Origin: Myxococcota bacterium
Lineage (GTDB): Bacteria > Myxococcota_A > UBA9160 > UBA4427
Reading direction: 5' to 3'
DNA length: 64,000 nt
NCBI GenBank assembly: GCA_036336835.1
Contig: JAYZFK010000062.1
Span: 96,001 to 160,000 of the forward strand
The translations under genes and the position numbers were made by a program. Positions 10,051 to 21,000 of the stretch are shown here, piece by piece (position 1 is the stretch's first letter; each line of letters starts with the position of its first letter). The notes under the pieces were generated by a model, which worked only from the letters and a program-made list of their open reading frames with translations, made no database searches and was not told where the DNA came from.

Positions 10051-11280
10051 TCAAGCCGCCTCCTCGCCGGACTGCTGTTTGCTCCGCGCGAAGCCGTCGT
10101 CGGTGGCAAATCGCGGGAGGGCCGCCCTCATCCTTGCGTCGAAGAACTCGGGTCGGCCGGTGATGTAGTTGGGATACACGGGCAGCCGCTCGACGAGCTT
10201 GTGCCCCGCACCCTCGGTCGCCTCGCGCAGAGCGCGAAGTGCCGGCCAGGGCGCTTCGGGATTGATGAAATCGACCGTCACGGGCGAAACGCCGCCCCAG
10301 TCGTTGAGGCCGGCGCGCAGCAGCTTCGGCAGCACCTCGGGGGCCAAGTTGGGCGGCGCCTGCACGTTTTGCTCGGGGCCGAGAATCAGCCGCGCCAGCG
10401 CCACCCAGCCGATCACGAGATCGTCGGGCAGCGACGACGCGGCGCGCATCTTCGTCCCCGGCTTCGGGTGAAACGGCTGGACGATCACCTCCTGGATGTG
10501 GCCGAGGCGATCGTCGAGCTCGCGGATCGCGAGCAGCGTATCGACGCGCTCGGGATCGTTCTCGCCGATGCCCAGCAACAGGCCAGAGGTGAACGGGATC
10601 CGCAGCTCACCCGCCTCCTCGTGCATGCGGATGCGGACACTGGGCTCCTTGTCGGGGGCGTGCATGTGCGGCATGCCCTTGCCGCACAGCCGCTGGCTCG
10701 TCGTCTCGAGCATCAGCCCCATCGACGCGTTCCACGGTCGCAGCCGCGCCATCTCTTCCTGCGTGAGAATGCCGGCGTTGGTGTGGGGCAGCATCCCCGC
10801 CTCGAAGGCAACCCGGCAGCCCTCGACCAGCAGATCGGTGGTCGACGAATAGCCTCGCTCCGCGAGCTCTTCGCGATACGAGCGGTAGGCGATCTCCGGC
10901 TTGTCGCCGAGGCAGAACAGCGCCTCGATGCAGCCGGTCGCGACCCCGCCCCGCACCACCTCTTCGACCTCCTGGAGCGTATAGGTCTTGGCCTCGGGCG
11001 AATCCGGGAGCTTGGCAAAGGTGCAGTAGCTGCAGCGGTCGCGGCACAGATTGGTGAGCGGGATGAAGACGTTGCGGCTCACCGTCACGACGTCACCGTG
11101 GGCAGCGCGCTTGCTCTCGCTGGCGGCGTCGAGCAGTGCCTCGAGCACCTCTGGACGGGCAAGATTCGCGGCCAGACGCTCGGCCGGGCCCCGCTCGAGG
11201 CGGCCCTCGTCGACCGCGACCGCGGCGATACGACGGGCCTCGCCGCCAGAGAGCGAACTATCGGAGGAAGGGAGGTTCAC
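10051..11280 (-). CDS. cofG: FO synthase subunit CofG (radical SAM)
   Basis: VFIPLTNLCRDRCSYCTF, LPHTNAG, SMGLMLE, QAPPNL and DWGGVSPVT motifs. GTG start at 11280 is inferred. Confidence 0.92.
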   Translation of the reverse strand: MNLPSSDSSLSGGEARRIAAVAVDEGRLERGPAERLAANLARPEVLEALLDAASESKRAAHGDVVTVSRNVFIPLTNLCRDRCSYCTFAKLPDSPEAKTYTLQEVEEVVRGGVATGCIEALFCLGDKPEIAYRSYREELAERGYSSTTDLLVEGCRVAFEAGMLPHTNAGILTQEEMARLRPWNASMGLMLETTSQRLCGKGMPHMHAPDKEPSVRIRMHEEAGELRIPFTSGLLLGIGENDPERVDTLLAIRELDDRLGHIQEVIVQPFHPKPGTKMRAASSLPDDLVIGWVALARLILGPEQNVQAPPNLAPEVLPKLLRAGLNDWGGVSPVTVDFINPEAPWPALRALREATEGAGHKLVERLPVYPNYITGRPEFFDARMRAALPRFATDDGFARSKQQSGEEAA

Positions 11281-11368
11281 GAACGGACCTTCTTGGAAGG
11301 GCTCGCTGCGCAGCCGAGCCCAATGGTAGCGCCACACGGCCCAGTCCTGGTGAAGTGCTTCGGACAAG

Positions 11369-11429
11369 AAATTCCCGACTCTCTGACTGTGTATTTTGCT
11401 TGACGCCACGACCGGGTGCCCGGTATTGT
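11369..11429 (+). promoter_or_regulatory. sigma70 promoter of sulfur operon with possible Rrf2/IscR-type site upstream
   Basis: TTGACG(11400)-N18-TATTGT(11424). ATTCCCGACT at 11371 resembles the IscR type-1 half-site ATASYYGACT. Confidence 0.45.
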
Positions 11430-11543
11430 CCGCTCTTCGCGTGCCCGATTGCAAACCGCTGTTCTGGCGCGATTCTTCGGGTGTCTCCGCGCAGCAATCT
11501 CGAGGCTCGATCCCCGAGCGCGCCTCCGCAGATGGATGGACCC

Positions 11544-13850
11544 ATGGCAGCCCAAGACGCCTCTCGTTTTACCAGTGCGAGCTGGAAGGACGCCCTCGAC
11601 ACCCGCATGGACGCTGGCTGGGCCGAGGAGATCGATGACTTCGAGAGCCAGATCGAGCTGCGCAAGCAGGGGAAGATCGAGGACAAGGTCTTCGCAGAGA
11701 CGCGGCTTCGCCGCGGCGCGTACGGCCAGCGCTACGACGCCGGCACGCGCCACGACGGTGTCGCGGAGCGGACCGTCGCCTACCCCGACGCACCCACCAA
11801 GGGACCGGACACCATCTGGGATGCCCCTGGCATGCAGCGGATCAAGATTCCCTACGGCGGGACGTCGCCCGAGCAGCTCGAGGTGCTCGCCGATCTCGCC
11901 GAGGAGTACAGCGACAGCATCCTGCACGTCACGACGCGGCAGGACATCCAGCTCCACTTCGTTCACATCGAGGACACGCCGGACCTGATGCGCCGGCTGG
12001 CCGCGGTCGACATCACGACGCGCGAAGCCTGCGGCAATTCGGTTCGCAACGTCACTGCGTGCCCGCTCGCCGGCGTGTGCAAGACCGAGGCGTTCGACGT
12101 CTCGCCGTATGCCGAGGCGCTGATGCGTTTCATGCTCGGCCATCCGGACGTGCAGGACTTTGGCCGCAAGTTCAAGCCCGCCTTCTCGGGCTGCGAGCAC
12201 GAGGCCTGCGGGCTGGTGCAGATGCACGACGCCGGATACGTATCGAGGATCCAGGATGGCAAGCGCGGCTTCAAGGTGGTCGTCGGTGGCGGGCTGGGTA
12301 CCGTGCCCCACCAGGCCAAGGTGCTGTCCGAGTTCACCCCCGAGGATGAGCTACTGAGAGAGACGCAGGCTGTTGCGCGCGTATTCGCACGGCTCGGTGA
12401 GAAGAAGAACCGCAACCGCGCTCGCATCAAGTTTCTGGTGGCGAACCTGGGGATCGAGGAGTTCAGGCGACTGGTCGCCGAGGAGAAGGAGACGATCCCC
12501 CACGATCCGCGCCACACCGCCTTCCTCGAGGAGATGAAGCAACGCGCCAGCGACCCCGTGAAGCAGCCGAGCGAGCTCTCGGCACGCGAACACCCCGATG
12601 GCTTTGCAGAGTGGCTCGCGACCAATGTGACGGACCAGCGCCAGGATGGCTATGCCGTCGTGACGCTGAACCTGCCGCTGGGCGATTTCACCTCTGAGCA
12701 GGCTCGCGCGCTGGCGGATCTCTCCCGCAAGTACGTTGGCGACAACTTGCGCACCACGGTCGAGCAGAACGCAGTGCTGCGCTACGTCGCGAAGGGAGAT
12801 CTTCTGGACGTGTACCAGGATCTGCTCGCGATCGGGCTCGCTGCTCCGGGAGCCTCGACCATCGTGGACGTTACCTCGTGCCCCGGCACCGACACCTGCA
12901 AGCTCGGGATTGCAGCCTCGCGCGGCGTGGGTGCCGTACTGCGCAAGCAGCTTGCAGAGAAGAGCGCCCGGCTCGAAGACAGCGTCAAGGGACTGCACAT
13001 CAAGGTGAGCGGCTGCTTCAACAGCTGCGGACAGCACCACATTAGCGACATCGGCTTCTACGGAAACTCGCGCAAGGCCGACGGCCGCACTGTTCCGCAC
13101 TTCCAGGTCGTTCTCGGCGGTCAGTGGAGCGAGAACGGGGGTGCCTACGGTATGGCGGTCGGCTCCGTACCGAGCAAAGTAGTGCCCGACGTCGTCGAGG
13201 CTCTGACCGAGCGCTATGTACAGGAACGCGAGGCCGCAGAGCAGTTCGGCACCTGGGTGGCTCGCGTCGGCAAGCGCGATATCCGCCGGTTCCTCGGTCC
13301 GTTCATGAAGATTCCCGCCTACGCCGACGATCCGAGCTACTACAGCGATTGGGCCGACGTCCGCGAGTTCACGATCGGCGACCTCGGCGTCGGTGAGTGC
13401 GCAGGCGAGGTCGTATCGCTCTTCGGAATCGAGGTCGTACGTGCCGAGTCGCAGGCCTTCGACGCGCAGTGCGCGCTCGACGAGGGCGAGTTCAGCACGG
13501 CCGACGAGCTCGCATACCATGCGATGCTGTCCGCGGCGCGCGCACTCGTGCGCACCGAATACATCGACGTGACCCACGCTCCCGACGACATCGTGATGCA
13601 ATGGAGGGAGCGTTTCTTCGACACGGAGATTTTCTTCGACAGATACGCGAAGGGGAAGTTCGGTCAGTACCTGATCGATCGACACGAGAACCCCGTGACG
13701 GACGTCGATCGCGATTACGCGGCCGCTCGCGTCGAGGAATCGCAGCTGTTCATCGAGGCTTGCCACGCCGCAGAGACGCGGTTGGCGGCGCTACAGGCGA
13801 TCGGCGCGGGTGGCGAGGACTCGCCGGTGGAGCTGAGGAAACCGCAGTGA
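11544..13850 (+). CDS. Siroheme/[4Fe-4S] sulfite (nitrite) reductase with C-terminal HEPN-like domain
   Basis: HVTTRQDIQLH, REACGNSVRN, RKFK, SCPGTDTCKLG and SGCFNSCGQH motifs; followed by cysK. Confidence 0.92.
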   Translation: MAAQDASRFTSASWKDALDTRMDAGWAEEIDDFESQIELRKQGKIEDKVFAETRLRRGAYGQRYDAGTRHDGVAERTVAYPDAPTKGPDTIWDAPGMQRIKIPYGGTSPEQLEVLADLAEEYSDSILHVTTRQDIQLHFVHIEDTPDLMRRLAAVDITTREACGNSVRNVTACPLAGVCKTEAFDVSPYAEALMRFMLGHPDVQDFGRKFKPAFSGCEHEACGLVQMHDAGYVSRIQDGKRGFKVVVGGGLGTVPHQAKVLSEFTPEDELLRETQAVARVFARLGEKKNRNRARIKFLVANLGIEEFRRLVAEEKETIPHDPRHTAFLEEMKQRASDPVKQPSELSAREHPDGFAEWLATNVTDQRQDGYAVVTLNLPLGDFTSEQARALADLSRKYVGDNLRTTVEQNAVLRYVAKGDLLDVYQDLLAIGLAAPGASTIVDVTSCPGTDTCKLGIAASRGVGAVLRKQLAEKSARLEDSVKGLHIKVSGCFNSCGQHHISDIGFYGNSRKADGRTVPHFQVVLGGQWSENGGAYGMAVGSVPSKVVPDVVEALTERYVQEREAAEQFGTWVARVGKRDIRRFLGPFMKIPAYADDPSYYSDWADVREFTIGDLGVGECAGEVVSLFGIEVVRAESQAFDAQCALDEGEFSTADELAYHAMLSAARALVRTEYIDVTHAPDDIVMQWRERFFDTEIFFDRYAKGKFGQYLIDRHENPVTDVDRDYAAARVEESQLFIEACHAAETRLAALQAIGAGGEDSPVELRKPQ

Positions 13851-14425
13851 CCCCCCAACGCATTGCGATCAAGCTTTTCGTCGAGCCCGACCCCTCAGCA
13901 GAGATCGACCTCGAGCCGTTCACCCCGCTATTCCACGAGTTCATCCAGAAGGCGAGCGTGCCCGGGCTGCTGGTCGACGTTGCGGACTACGCGCACGTAC
14001 CCAACGGGCCCGGAATCATCCTGATCGGACACGAGGTGGACTACGGGATCGACTCGGTCGCGGGGCGTACCGGGCTGCTGACCGTGCGCAAGCGCTACCC
14101 CGAGAGCCCACTCGCCGAGGTCTTGCGCGACACGCTCGCGAAGGGCTTCGCCTGCGCGAAGGCGATCGAGGATGATGGCCGGACCGGAGTCCGTTTTTCG
14201 GCCGCGCTCGTCGAGCTGCAGATCTTCGACCGCCTGGTGGCACCCAACGACGCCGAGACCTTCGAAGCGGCGCGCAGCGAGGTAGAGCCCGTGTTCGCCG
14301 AGGTGTACGACGAATTCAGCATCGAGCGGGCGGGCGACGACGACGCGCGCAAACCCGCATCGCTCGTGGCTCGCACCACCGACGACGCGCACTTTTCTGA
14401 CCTGCTCGCAAAGCTGGGGAGCTGA
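13847..14425 (+). CDS. Hypothetical protein translationally coupled to sulfite reductase
   Basis: GTGA overlap; MTPQRIAIKLF...DVADYAHVPNGPGIILIGHE. Confidence 0.8.
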   Translation: MTPQRIAIKLFVEPDPSAEIDLEPFTPLFHEFIQKASVPGLLVDVADYAHVPNGPGIILIGHEVDYGIDSVAGRTGLLTVRKRYPESPLAEVLRDTLAKGFACAKAIEDDGRTGVRFSAALVELQIFDRLVAPNDAETFEAARSEVEPVFAEVYDEFSIERAGDDDARKPASLVARTTDDAHFSDLLAKLGS

Positions 14426-14427
14426 AC

Positions 14428-14760
14428 GTGGCGGACAGACAGAGCGACTGGGATATCGGTGTCGAGGACCTGAAGCAGCTGCGCGATGCGGGCGATGACT
14501 TCTTCCTTCTCGACGTCCGTGAGCCGCATGAAGTCGAGCGGGCAACGCTGGGCGGGACCAACATTCCACTTGCGGGGGTCGCAGCGGCTCTCGACGATAT
14601 CCCGAAGGATCGGAAGATCGTCGTGCACTGCAAGCTGGGCGGTCGCAGCGCCAAGGCCGTCACGGCACTCCGCCAACTCGGCTACGACGACGTCTGGAAC
14701 GTGCAAGGCGGCATCCAAGCCTGGTCGGAGCGAATCGACTCGAGCCTTCCGACCTACTAG
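14428..14760 (+). CDS. Single-domain rhodanese (MoeB C-terminal type)
   Basis: LLDVREPHE, HCKLGGRS and GGIQAW motifs. Confidence 0.92.
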   Translation: MADRQSDWDIGVEDLKQLRDAGDDFFLLDVREPHEVERATLGGTNIPLAGVAAALDDIPKDRKIVVHCKLGGRSAKAVTALRQLGYDDVWNVQGGIQAWSERIDSSLPTY

Positions 14761-14761
14761 G

Positions 14762-15355
14762 GTGGGCGAAGATCGACTACGAGACGCGCTCGATGCGATC
14801 GACGCGCGCAATCAGGGCGATCCGAACCAGATCTTCGTTCGCGGCGCCACGCGGCCAAAAGAGCTCGCCCATGCCGAGTTGGCGACCGAGTGGGTCGAAC
14901 GCCTGGTCGAGGACCCTTCGGACGAGCTGCGACTCGCGGCGCGATCCCACCACTTGCGGCGCTGGGCCATATCTCGTTCCGAGTACCCCGCCGGACGCGG
15001 GGGATACCACCGATGGCGCAAGGCCTTGCAGCGGCTCCACGCCGATGAGGTCGGCGCCATCCTCGAAAACGAAGGCTACGCGGAGCCGACCGTGGCGCGC
15101 GTGCGCGCGCTGGTCCGCAAGCAGGGCCTCGAACGCGGCGACGACCCCGAGGTCCAGGCGCTCGAGGATGCGCTGTGTCTGGTGTTCCTCGAGACCCAGC
15201 TCGCCTCCACCGCGGCCAAGCTCGGGGACCCCGAGAAGACGGTCGATGTCTTGCGCAAGACGGCGCACAAGATGAGCGCGCGCGCGCTCGAGCTGGCGGG
15301 TGAGCTCCCGCTCAGCGAGGCCGAACGAGCCCTGCTCGAGCGCGCCCTGAGGTAG
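14762..15355 (+). CDS. DUF4202 family protein
   Basis: IDARNQGDPN, HLRRWAISRSEYPAGRGGYHRWR and QALEDALCLVFL motifs. Confidence 0.85.
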   Translation: MGEDRLRDALDAIDARNQGDPNQIFVRGATRPKELAHAELATEWVERLVEDPSDELRLAARSHHLRRWAISRSEYPAGRGGYHRWRKALQRLHADEVGAILENEGYAEPTVARVRALVRKQGLERGDDPEVQALEDALCLVFLETQLASTAAKLGDPEKTVDVLRKTAHKMSARALELAGELPLSEAERALLERALR

Positions 15356-15388
15356 ACTGCGGCCGCACCATCATCAGGAGGATCCCCC

Positions 15389-16021
15389 ATGGCGCTTCGA
15401 CTCGGCGACGAGGCTCCGAACTTCACCGCAGACAGCACCGAGGGAACGATCTCGTTCCACGATTTCATCGAGGACTCGTGGGTAGTGCTGTTCTCGCACC
15501 CGAAGGACTACACGCCCGTGTGCACGACCGAGCTGGGCGAGGTCGCGCGACTGAAGGGCGAGTTCGACCGGCGCGGCGTCAAGGTGCTCGGCCTGTCGGT
15601 CGACTCGGTGAGTGATCACCAGGGCTGGGCGAAGGACATCGAGGAGACGCAGGGGCACGCGTTGAACTTCCCGCTGCTCGCCGATCCCGACCGCAAGGTC
15701 AGCGATCTCTACGGGATGATCCACCCGAACGCGAACGATACGCTGACGGTGCGATCGGTGTTCGTGATCGGGCCGGACAAGAAGCTCAAGCTTTCGATTA
15801 CGTACCCAGCGAGCACCGGTCGCAACTTCGAAGAGATCCTGCGCGTGATCGACTCGCTGCAGCTCACGGCGAGCCACCAGGTTGCCACCCCGGTGAACTG
15901 GAACGAAGGCGACGATGTCATCATCGTCCCAGCTCTCTCCGACGAGGAAGCCAAGAGCAAGTTCCCCGACGGCTGGGACACCGTGAAATCCTACCTCCGA
16001 GTCGTGAAGCAGCCCCGCTGA
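15389..16021 (+). CDS. 1-Cys peroxiredoxin (Prx6)
   Basis: FSHPKDYTPVCTTE and YPASTGRNF motifs. Confidence 0.96.
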   Translation: MALRLGDEAPNFTADSTEGTISFHDFIEDSWVVLFSHPKDYTPVCTTELGEVARLKGEFDRRGVKVLGLSVDSVSDHQGWAKDIEETQGHALNFPLLADPDRKVSDLYGMIHPNANDTLTVRSVFVIGPDKKLKLSITYPASTGRNFEEILRVIDSLQLTASHQVATPVNWNEGDDVIIVPALSDEEAKSKFPDGWDTVKSYLRVVKQPR

Positions 16022-16042
16022 TCTGTAGTCGGAGTTGGTGAT

Positions 16043-17044
16043 TTGAAGATTCGCGATGGATTCTCCGAGGCGATCGGCAACACGCCGCTGATCAGGCTTC
16101 GCAAGCTGTCCGAGCGGACGGGGTGCGAGATCCTGGGGAAGGCGGAGTTCCTGAATCCGGGGGGCTCGGTCAAGGATCGAGCGGCGCTGTACATGATCCT
16201 CGACGCCGAGGAGCGAGGGGATCTGAAGCCCGGCGGCGTGGTGGTCGAGGGCACGGCCGGCAACACCGGGATCGGGCTCGCGCTCGTCGGCAACGCGCGC
16301 GGCTATCGCACCGTGATCCTGATGCCCGACACACAGAGCCAGGAGAAGAAGGACATGCTGCGCCTGTGCGGTGCGGAAGTGCGCGAGGTTCCAGCGGTTC
16401 CCTTCAAGAATCCAAACCACTACGTGCACCAGGCCGAGCGAACCGCCAAGCAGCTAGCCGAGACCGCGGACGGCGGCGTGCTCTACGCCAACCAGTGGGA
16501 CAATCTCGCCAACCGCGAGGGCCACATGAAGAGCACCGCCCCCGAAATCTGGGAGCAGACCGATGGCAAGATCGATGGCTTCGTCTCGGCGATCGGAACA
16601 GGGGGCACGCTCTCCGGGGTCGGGTTGTACCTGAAGGACCGCGCCCCCGGAATCAAGATCGCGCTCGCCGACCCCAAGGGCGCGTGCATGTACGAGTATT
16701 TCGAGAACGGCGAGCTCAAGGCGAGCGAGGGCAATTCGATCAGCGAGGGCATCGGCCAGGGCCGCGTCACCGGCAACGTCGACGGCACGCCTGTCGACTT
16801 TCCGTTCTCGATACCGGACGACGAGGCCCTGCCGCTGGTGTTCGATCTGCTGAAGGAAGAGGGGCTGTGCCTGGGGGGCTCGACCGCGATCAACGTCGCG
16901 GGCGCCGTCCGGCTCGCAAACGAACTCGGCCCCGGCCACACGATCGTCACCCTGCTGGCCGATAGTGGGCAGCGCTATCAGAGCAAGCTCTTCAATCCAG
17001 CCTTCCTCCGCGAGAAGGGACTGCCGACGCCGAGCTGGCTCTAG
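16043..17044 (+). CDS. cysK: Cysteine synthase (O-acetylserine sulfhydrylase)
   Basis: IGNTPLIRL, NPGGSVKDR, TAGNTG and GTGGT motifs. Confidence 0.93.
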   Translation: MKIRDGFSEAIGNTPLIRLRKLSERTGCEILGKAEFLNPGGSVKDRAALYMILDAEERGDLKPGGVVVEGTAGNTGIGLALVGNARGYRTVILMPDTQSQEKKDMLRLCGAEVREVPAVPFKNPNHYVHQAERTAKQLAETADGGVLYANQWDNLANREGHMKSTAPEIWEQTDGKIDGFVSAIGTGGTLSGVGLYLKDRAPGIKIALADPKGACMYEYFENGELKASEGNSISEGIGQGRVTGNVDGTPVDFPFSIPDDEALPLVFDLLKEEGLCLGGSTAINVAGAVRLANELGPGHTIVTLLADSGQRYQSKLFNPAFLREKGLPTPSWL

Positions 17045-17062
17045 ACGCGCAGCCAGCTCGTC

Positions 17063-18058
17063 TCAACCGCGCCGGCCGCGTCGTGCCGCGTGACGAAGTC
17101 GGCGCCATACGCCGTGCCGGTCGGGGTACAGGCCGAGTTCTCCGACCGGCCGCGTACGGAAGCGACGGTGCGCCCACATCCACTGGCCGGGATCGGCCCG
17201 TACTACGTCTTCGATCGCTCGGTTCATCGACGCCACGTTCTGCGCCAAGACCCTGGCAGAGTCGTTCCGGTCCTTCGGTTCGGGCAATAGATCGAGCGGC
17301 GCATGGATGCGACCGACGTGCTCGCCGCTCGCGCCGACCCGATGGATGAAGGCTGGAAGCACGGGCACGCCAAGCCGCGCGGCAAGTCGCGCCGGACCGA
17401 AGCGCGTGCTGGCCGGGACTCCGAAGAAAGGCGCGAATACACCCTCGCCGGGCCGCGCGTTCTGATCGGTCAGCATCATCACCAGACGGCCCCGACGCAG
17501 CGCCCGCAACGCACCGATGCCGGCCCGGCCGAGGGCAATGACCTCCTGACCGGACCCTTCACGCCAGCCGGCAATCAGCTCATCGAGATGTTCGTCGCCG
17601 CGCGCACGGTGAACGCTCGTCATCGGATAGCCGAGGCTCGCGAAGACCGCTCCGCCGAGCTCCCAGGAGCCGAAGTGCGCCGTCAGCATGAAGGCTCCTC
17701 CGTGCTCGGACGCTGCGCGCGCAGCCTCGAGGTGCTCGAGCCCTTCGACCGTCACGCCCTCGAGAAGTGCTTCGCGATGGCAACCGTGCAGCAGCACGAC
17801 CTCGGCAAGACTGCGTCCGAGATTCTCGAAGCTTCCGAGCAAGGTGGTCCGACGCCACGCCGCATCGCTTTCGGGAAAGCACAGCTCGAGGTTGATCCGC
17901 GCTACGTCGACCCGAGGACCGTCCACCAGCACCCATGCGCGCCCAAGCGCCGCACCTGCGCGAAGGGCGCGCTCGGGGTCGCGGTTCCTGGCTGCGGCGA
18001 TCACCGCGCGAGCGAGCGACGCGACGAATCCTCTGCGCGGCGTCTCGGCGGCATTCAC
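17063..18058 (-). CDS. LpxL/HtrB-family lipid acyltransferase
   Basis: HFGSWE, LTDQ, APFFG and QWMWAHRRF motifs. Confidence 0.9.
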   Translation of the reverse strand: MNAAETPRRGFVASLARAVIAAARNRDPERALRAGAALGRAWVLVDGPRVDVARINLELCFPESDAAWRRTTLLGSFENLGRSLAEVVLLHGCHREALLEGVTVEGLEHLEAARAASEHGGAFMLTAHFGSWELGGAVFASLGYPMTSVHRARGDEHLDELIAGWREGSGQEVIALGRAGIGALRALRRGRLVMMLTDQNARPGEGVFAPFFGVPASTRFGPARLAARLGVPVLPAFIHRVGASGEHVGRIHAPLDLLPEPKDRNDSARVLAQNVASMNRAIEDVVRADPGQWMWAHRRFRTRPVGELGLYPDRHGVWRRLRHAARRGRRG

Positions 18059-18065
18059 GAGACAA

Positions 18066-21000
18066 CTAGGATTCGGAGTCCGCGAGCGCCGCCTCGAGCT
18101 TCGCGATCAACCGTGGGCGCATCTCGTGAGACTCGAAGATCGAATCGAGCGACCCCACTTCGCGCGCGCGCTCGACGCAGTGGATCTTGTCGAACTCATC
18201 AGCCAGCTCGGTCTGGCGTTCGAGCCTGACGGCTTCGAGCAGCTTCTCGAACGCCGCGCGAGCCTGTGGGCTGGGGCGGCGCCGAAGCGCCCGGCGCGCC
18301 TCGGCGACCCGAGGCTCTGTCGCCGCGCGCGCACGCACCTCACGAGCGAAAACGACCGAGGCGGCGGCGGCGCCTCCGATGACCGAAGCAAACGAGCCCG
18401 TCAGGGCGGACGCCTCGAGCCCCTCGTTGAGCTCCTGCGAGAAGACCACGTAGGCGCCGCCGTGGTAGCGGGAGACCACCAGGAACAAGATCGGCCCCTC
18501 GAAGTTCACGACGGCGCGTGCGATCTCCGCACCGTATTCGAGCTGCAGCTTGCGCAGACTCTCCGGTGAGCCGTCGAAGCCCGACAGGTTCGCCAGGATG
18601 ACGACCGGTCGGTTGCCGCTTGCGGCGTTGATCGCTCGCGCCACCTTCTTCGACGAGAGTGGGAAGAGCGTGCCTCCCGTCCAAGTCTCGGGACCGTCGA
18701 GAGGCCGATAACCCTCGCGTTGGAGACCGTGGCTCTCGATGCCGATCAGCGAGATCGGGATACCACCAAGGTGCGAGTCCCAGACGATCGCGGTCTCCGC
18801 GCCGACCATGCGACGCCACCGCTCGAGGTGGCGCGCGTCGCGGTCGATCAGCGACTTCATCACCGCGCGCATCGGGAACGCGCGCTTCCGGCCGGGATTG
18901 CTCGCGTCGTCGAAGATCTCGCCAACCGTCGCGAAGTCCTCGCCCTCCTCGAGCCGATGATCACAGACCGAGCGTGAGGGTAGGTCAGTCGTCTCGGCCC
19001 GGCGCGGGCGCGATTCGCCTGGGGCGACGTAGCTGATCTCGTAGTAGTCGTAGAGCATGCGGTAGGCGTCGACCAGGTTGCGAGCGTAGTACTGCCCCTC
19101 GCCGTTGGGCCCCATCACGCGTTCGTACCCCCCGATCGCGATCTCGTCCTCTGCGGCCACCCCGCCGGAGGCTTCGAGCGCGGCGCGCCCTGTCAGTACC
19201 ATCGACGCCCCCGGCGTCATGATCAACACGCCGCGAGTCTGCATCGACATCGTCGCCAGCGCATCGAAGTAGCTCTGGGCACCGACGTTCACACCCTGCA
19301 CGATCACATTGATCTCGCCTCCGGCACGCGTGAACGTGACGATTCGGCGGACGACACGCGCCGTCGCATCGAGGTTCTCGGTCCCGCTGTCCATCGCGAT
19401 CTTCGCGCCGGACGAGACTGGAACCCATTCGACGGGGACTCCGAGTTGCTCGGCAAGATCGATCGCGGCCACGATACGACGGCACTCCGGCTCGGCGAGC
19501 GATCCCATGCTCATCGTCGGGTCCGACAGCACGAGCACGCGCTGCATCCCCTCCGGCAGCTTCTCGGTGGGCGTCGAGATCACGCCGAAGATCACGCCGG
19601 CAACATTTCCACCCCAATCGCGATCCGCGACCTCGATGCCGACGCCGTCGCTAGAAAGTTCGTACTCGACGAACCGGCCACGCGGAATGCGCTGAGCGCC
19701 CCCTTCGTCGCCGTCCTCGCTGACGCCGATTGCGAGGCTCGGCTCCGCGCCCGTGAGCATGCGAATGATCTCGTACGGGTAGGCGACCTGACGCCCGCGC
19801 GCCTCGACGACTTTACGTTCGTAGTCCTGGGCGGGCTGGAGCGGAGCACGGTGCGGCGAACGCCACGCGATCTCCATCTGGTGCCCGGTCGGATCGGTGA
19901 ACACCAGCTCGACCCAGCGCGGTTCCGCATCCGGTGCGGCGCGGTCGTAGACGTTGAGCCGAACCAGCAGCTTCTCGAGGCCGAGGTGACGTGTCGCTGG
20001 CGCCAGTCTCTGCGCGAGAGCTGACACTTCTTCGCCCTCGAGGTGAATCGCCGCACCGACGATCAATACGATCCGGTTCCATTGCAGGCGCCGGCGGGGA
20101 TCGCGCTCCTGTAGCACACCGCGCAGTCGAGCCGTCGCGCGATGGAATGCTCGCTCGAAGTTCGCGACCTGCGGCTCGATCTCGCGGCCCGCCTGCGGGA
20201 AACGCCCGGGGACGTCGGCCAGGATGAAGATGCGCTCATCACCGGGTACGTCGCGACTCCGCCCGTGAAATGCGTAGATGCCGTCCTCAGCAGGAAGTCG
20301 CTCCAAGTCGAACGCATCGAAGCGAGAGAGATCGATGCGGTCAGCGGTCTCTGGATGAACCCCGTGGAGCTGCTCATCGGACTCCACGCCGCGCGGCGTG
20401 TACCGGAACGTCTTGCACACCACAGCGTTGTCGTCCGAGTGGAGTTCGAGCGTGAAGCGACCGCGGAAACGCTGCGGTCGCAGTAGCGCGGCTACCCGCT
20501 CGGTCACGTCTTCGACATGGCACGTCTCGATCCCGCACATCACCAGCTCGCGAGCGAACACGTGATCGCCGCCCCACTGCTTCCCGCTCTCGATCAGCGT
20601 TTCAACGCCCGCCTCCGCGTCCTTCGCACCGCACGTTCGCGCCAGCACGATCCCGCGGTCTGGCACACGAATCCACTGCGCGTTGCCTTCGTCACCGATC
20701 AGCGCACCACGACCGAGCGGGAAGTCTCCCGCATAGCAGCGCTGCAGATGCGCGGCGAGCGCGATACCTCGGCGCGCCGGCTCGGGCGAGTCGAGCCAAC
20801 GCCCCACACGGCGGTAGAGCGTAAGCGGCGCCACTGCAAGCTCGTGAAGGATCTCGTCGGGCGGCAGCGTCGGACGGTGCTCGGCGCGGGAGAGCCACAG
20901 CTCGAGCTCCTCGCTACTGGGCTCGATCTGCTTCTCCATCCGCGGGCCTTCGAAGATCGAATAGCGAGCATCGATTGCCGCATCGGCGAGCGCATCCGGT

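Noticed and set aside
9865..11403. Long antisense or alternate-frame ORFs (also 12351-13766, 40757-42370, 37181-39205)
   Set aside because: Typical high-GC shadow ORFs overlapping well-supported genes, with no motifs of their own.
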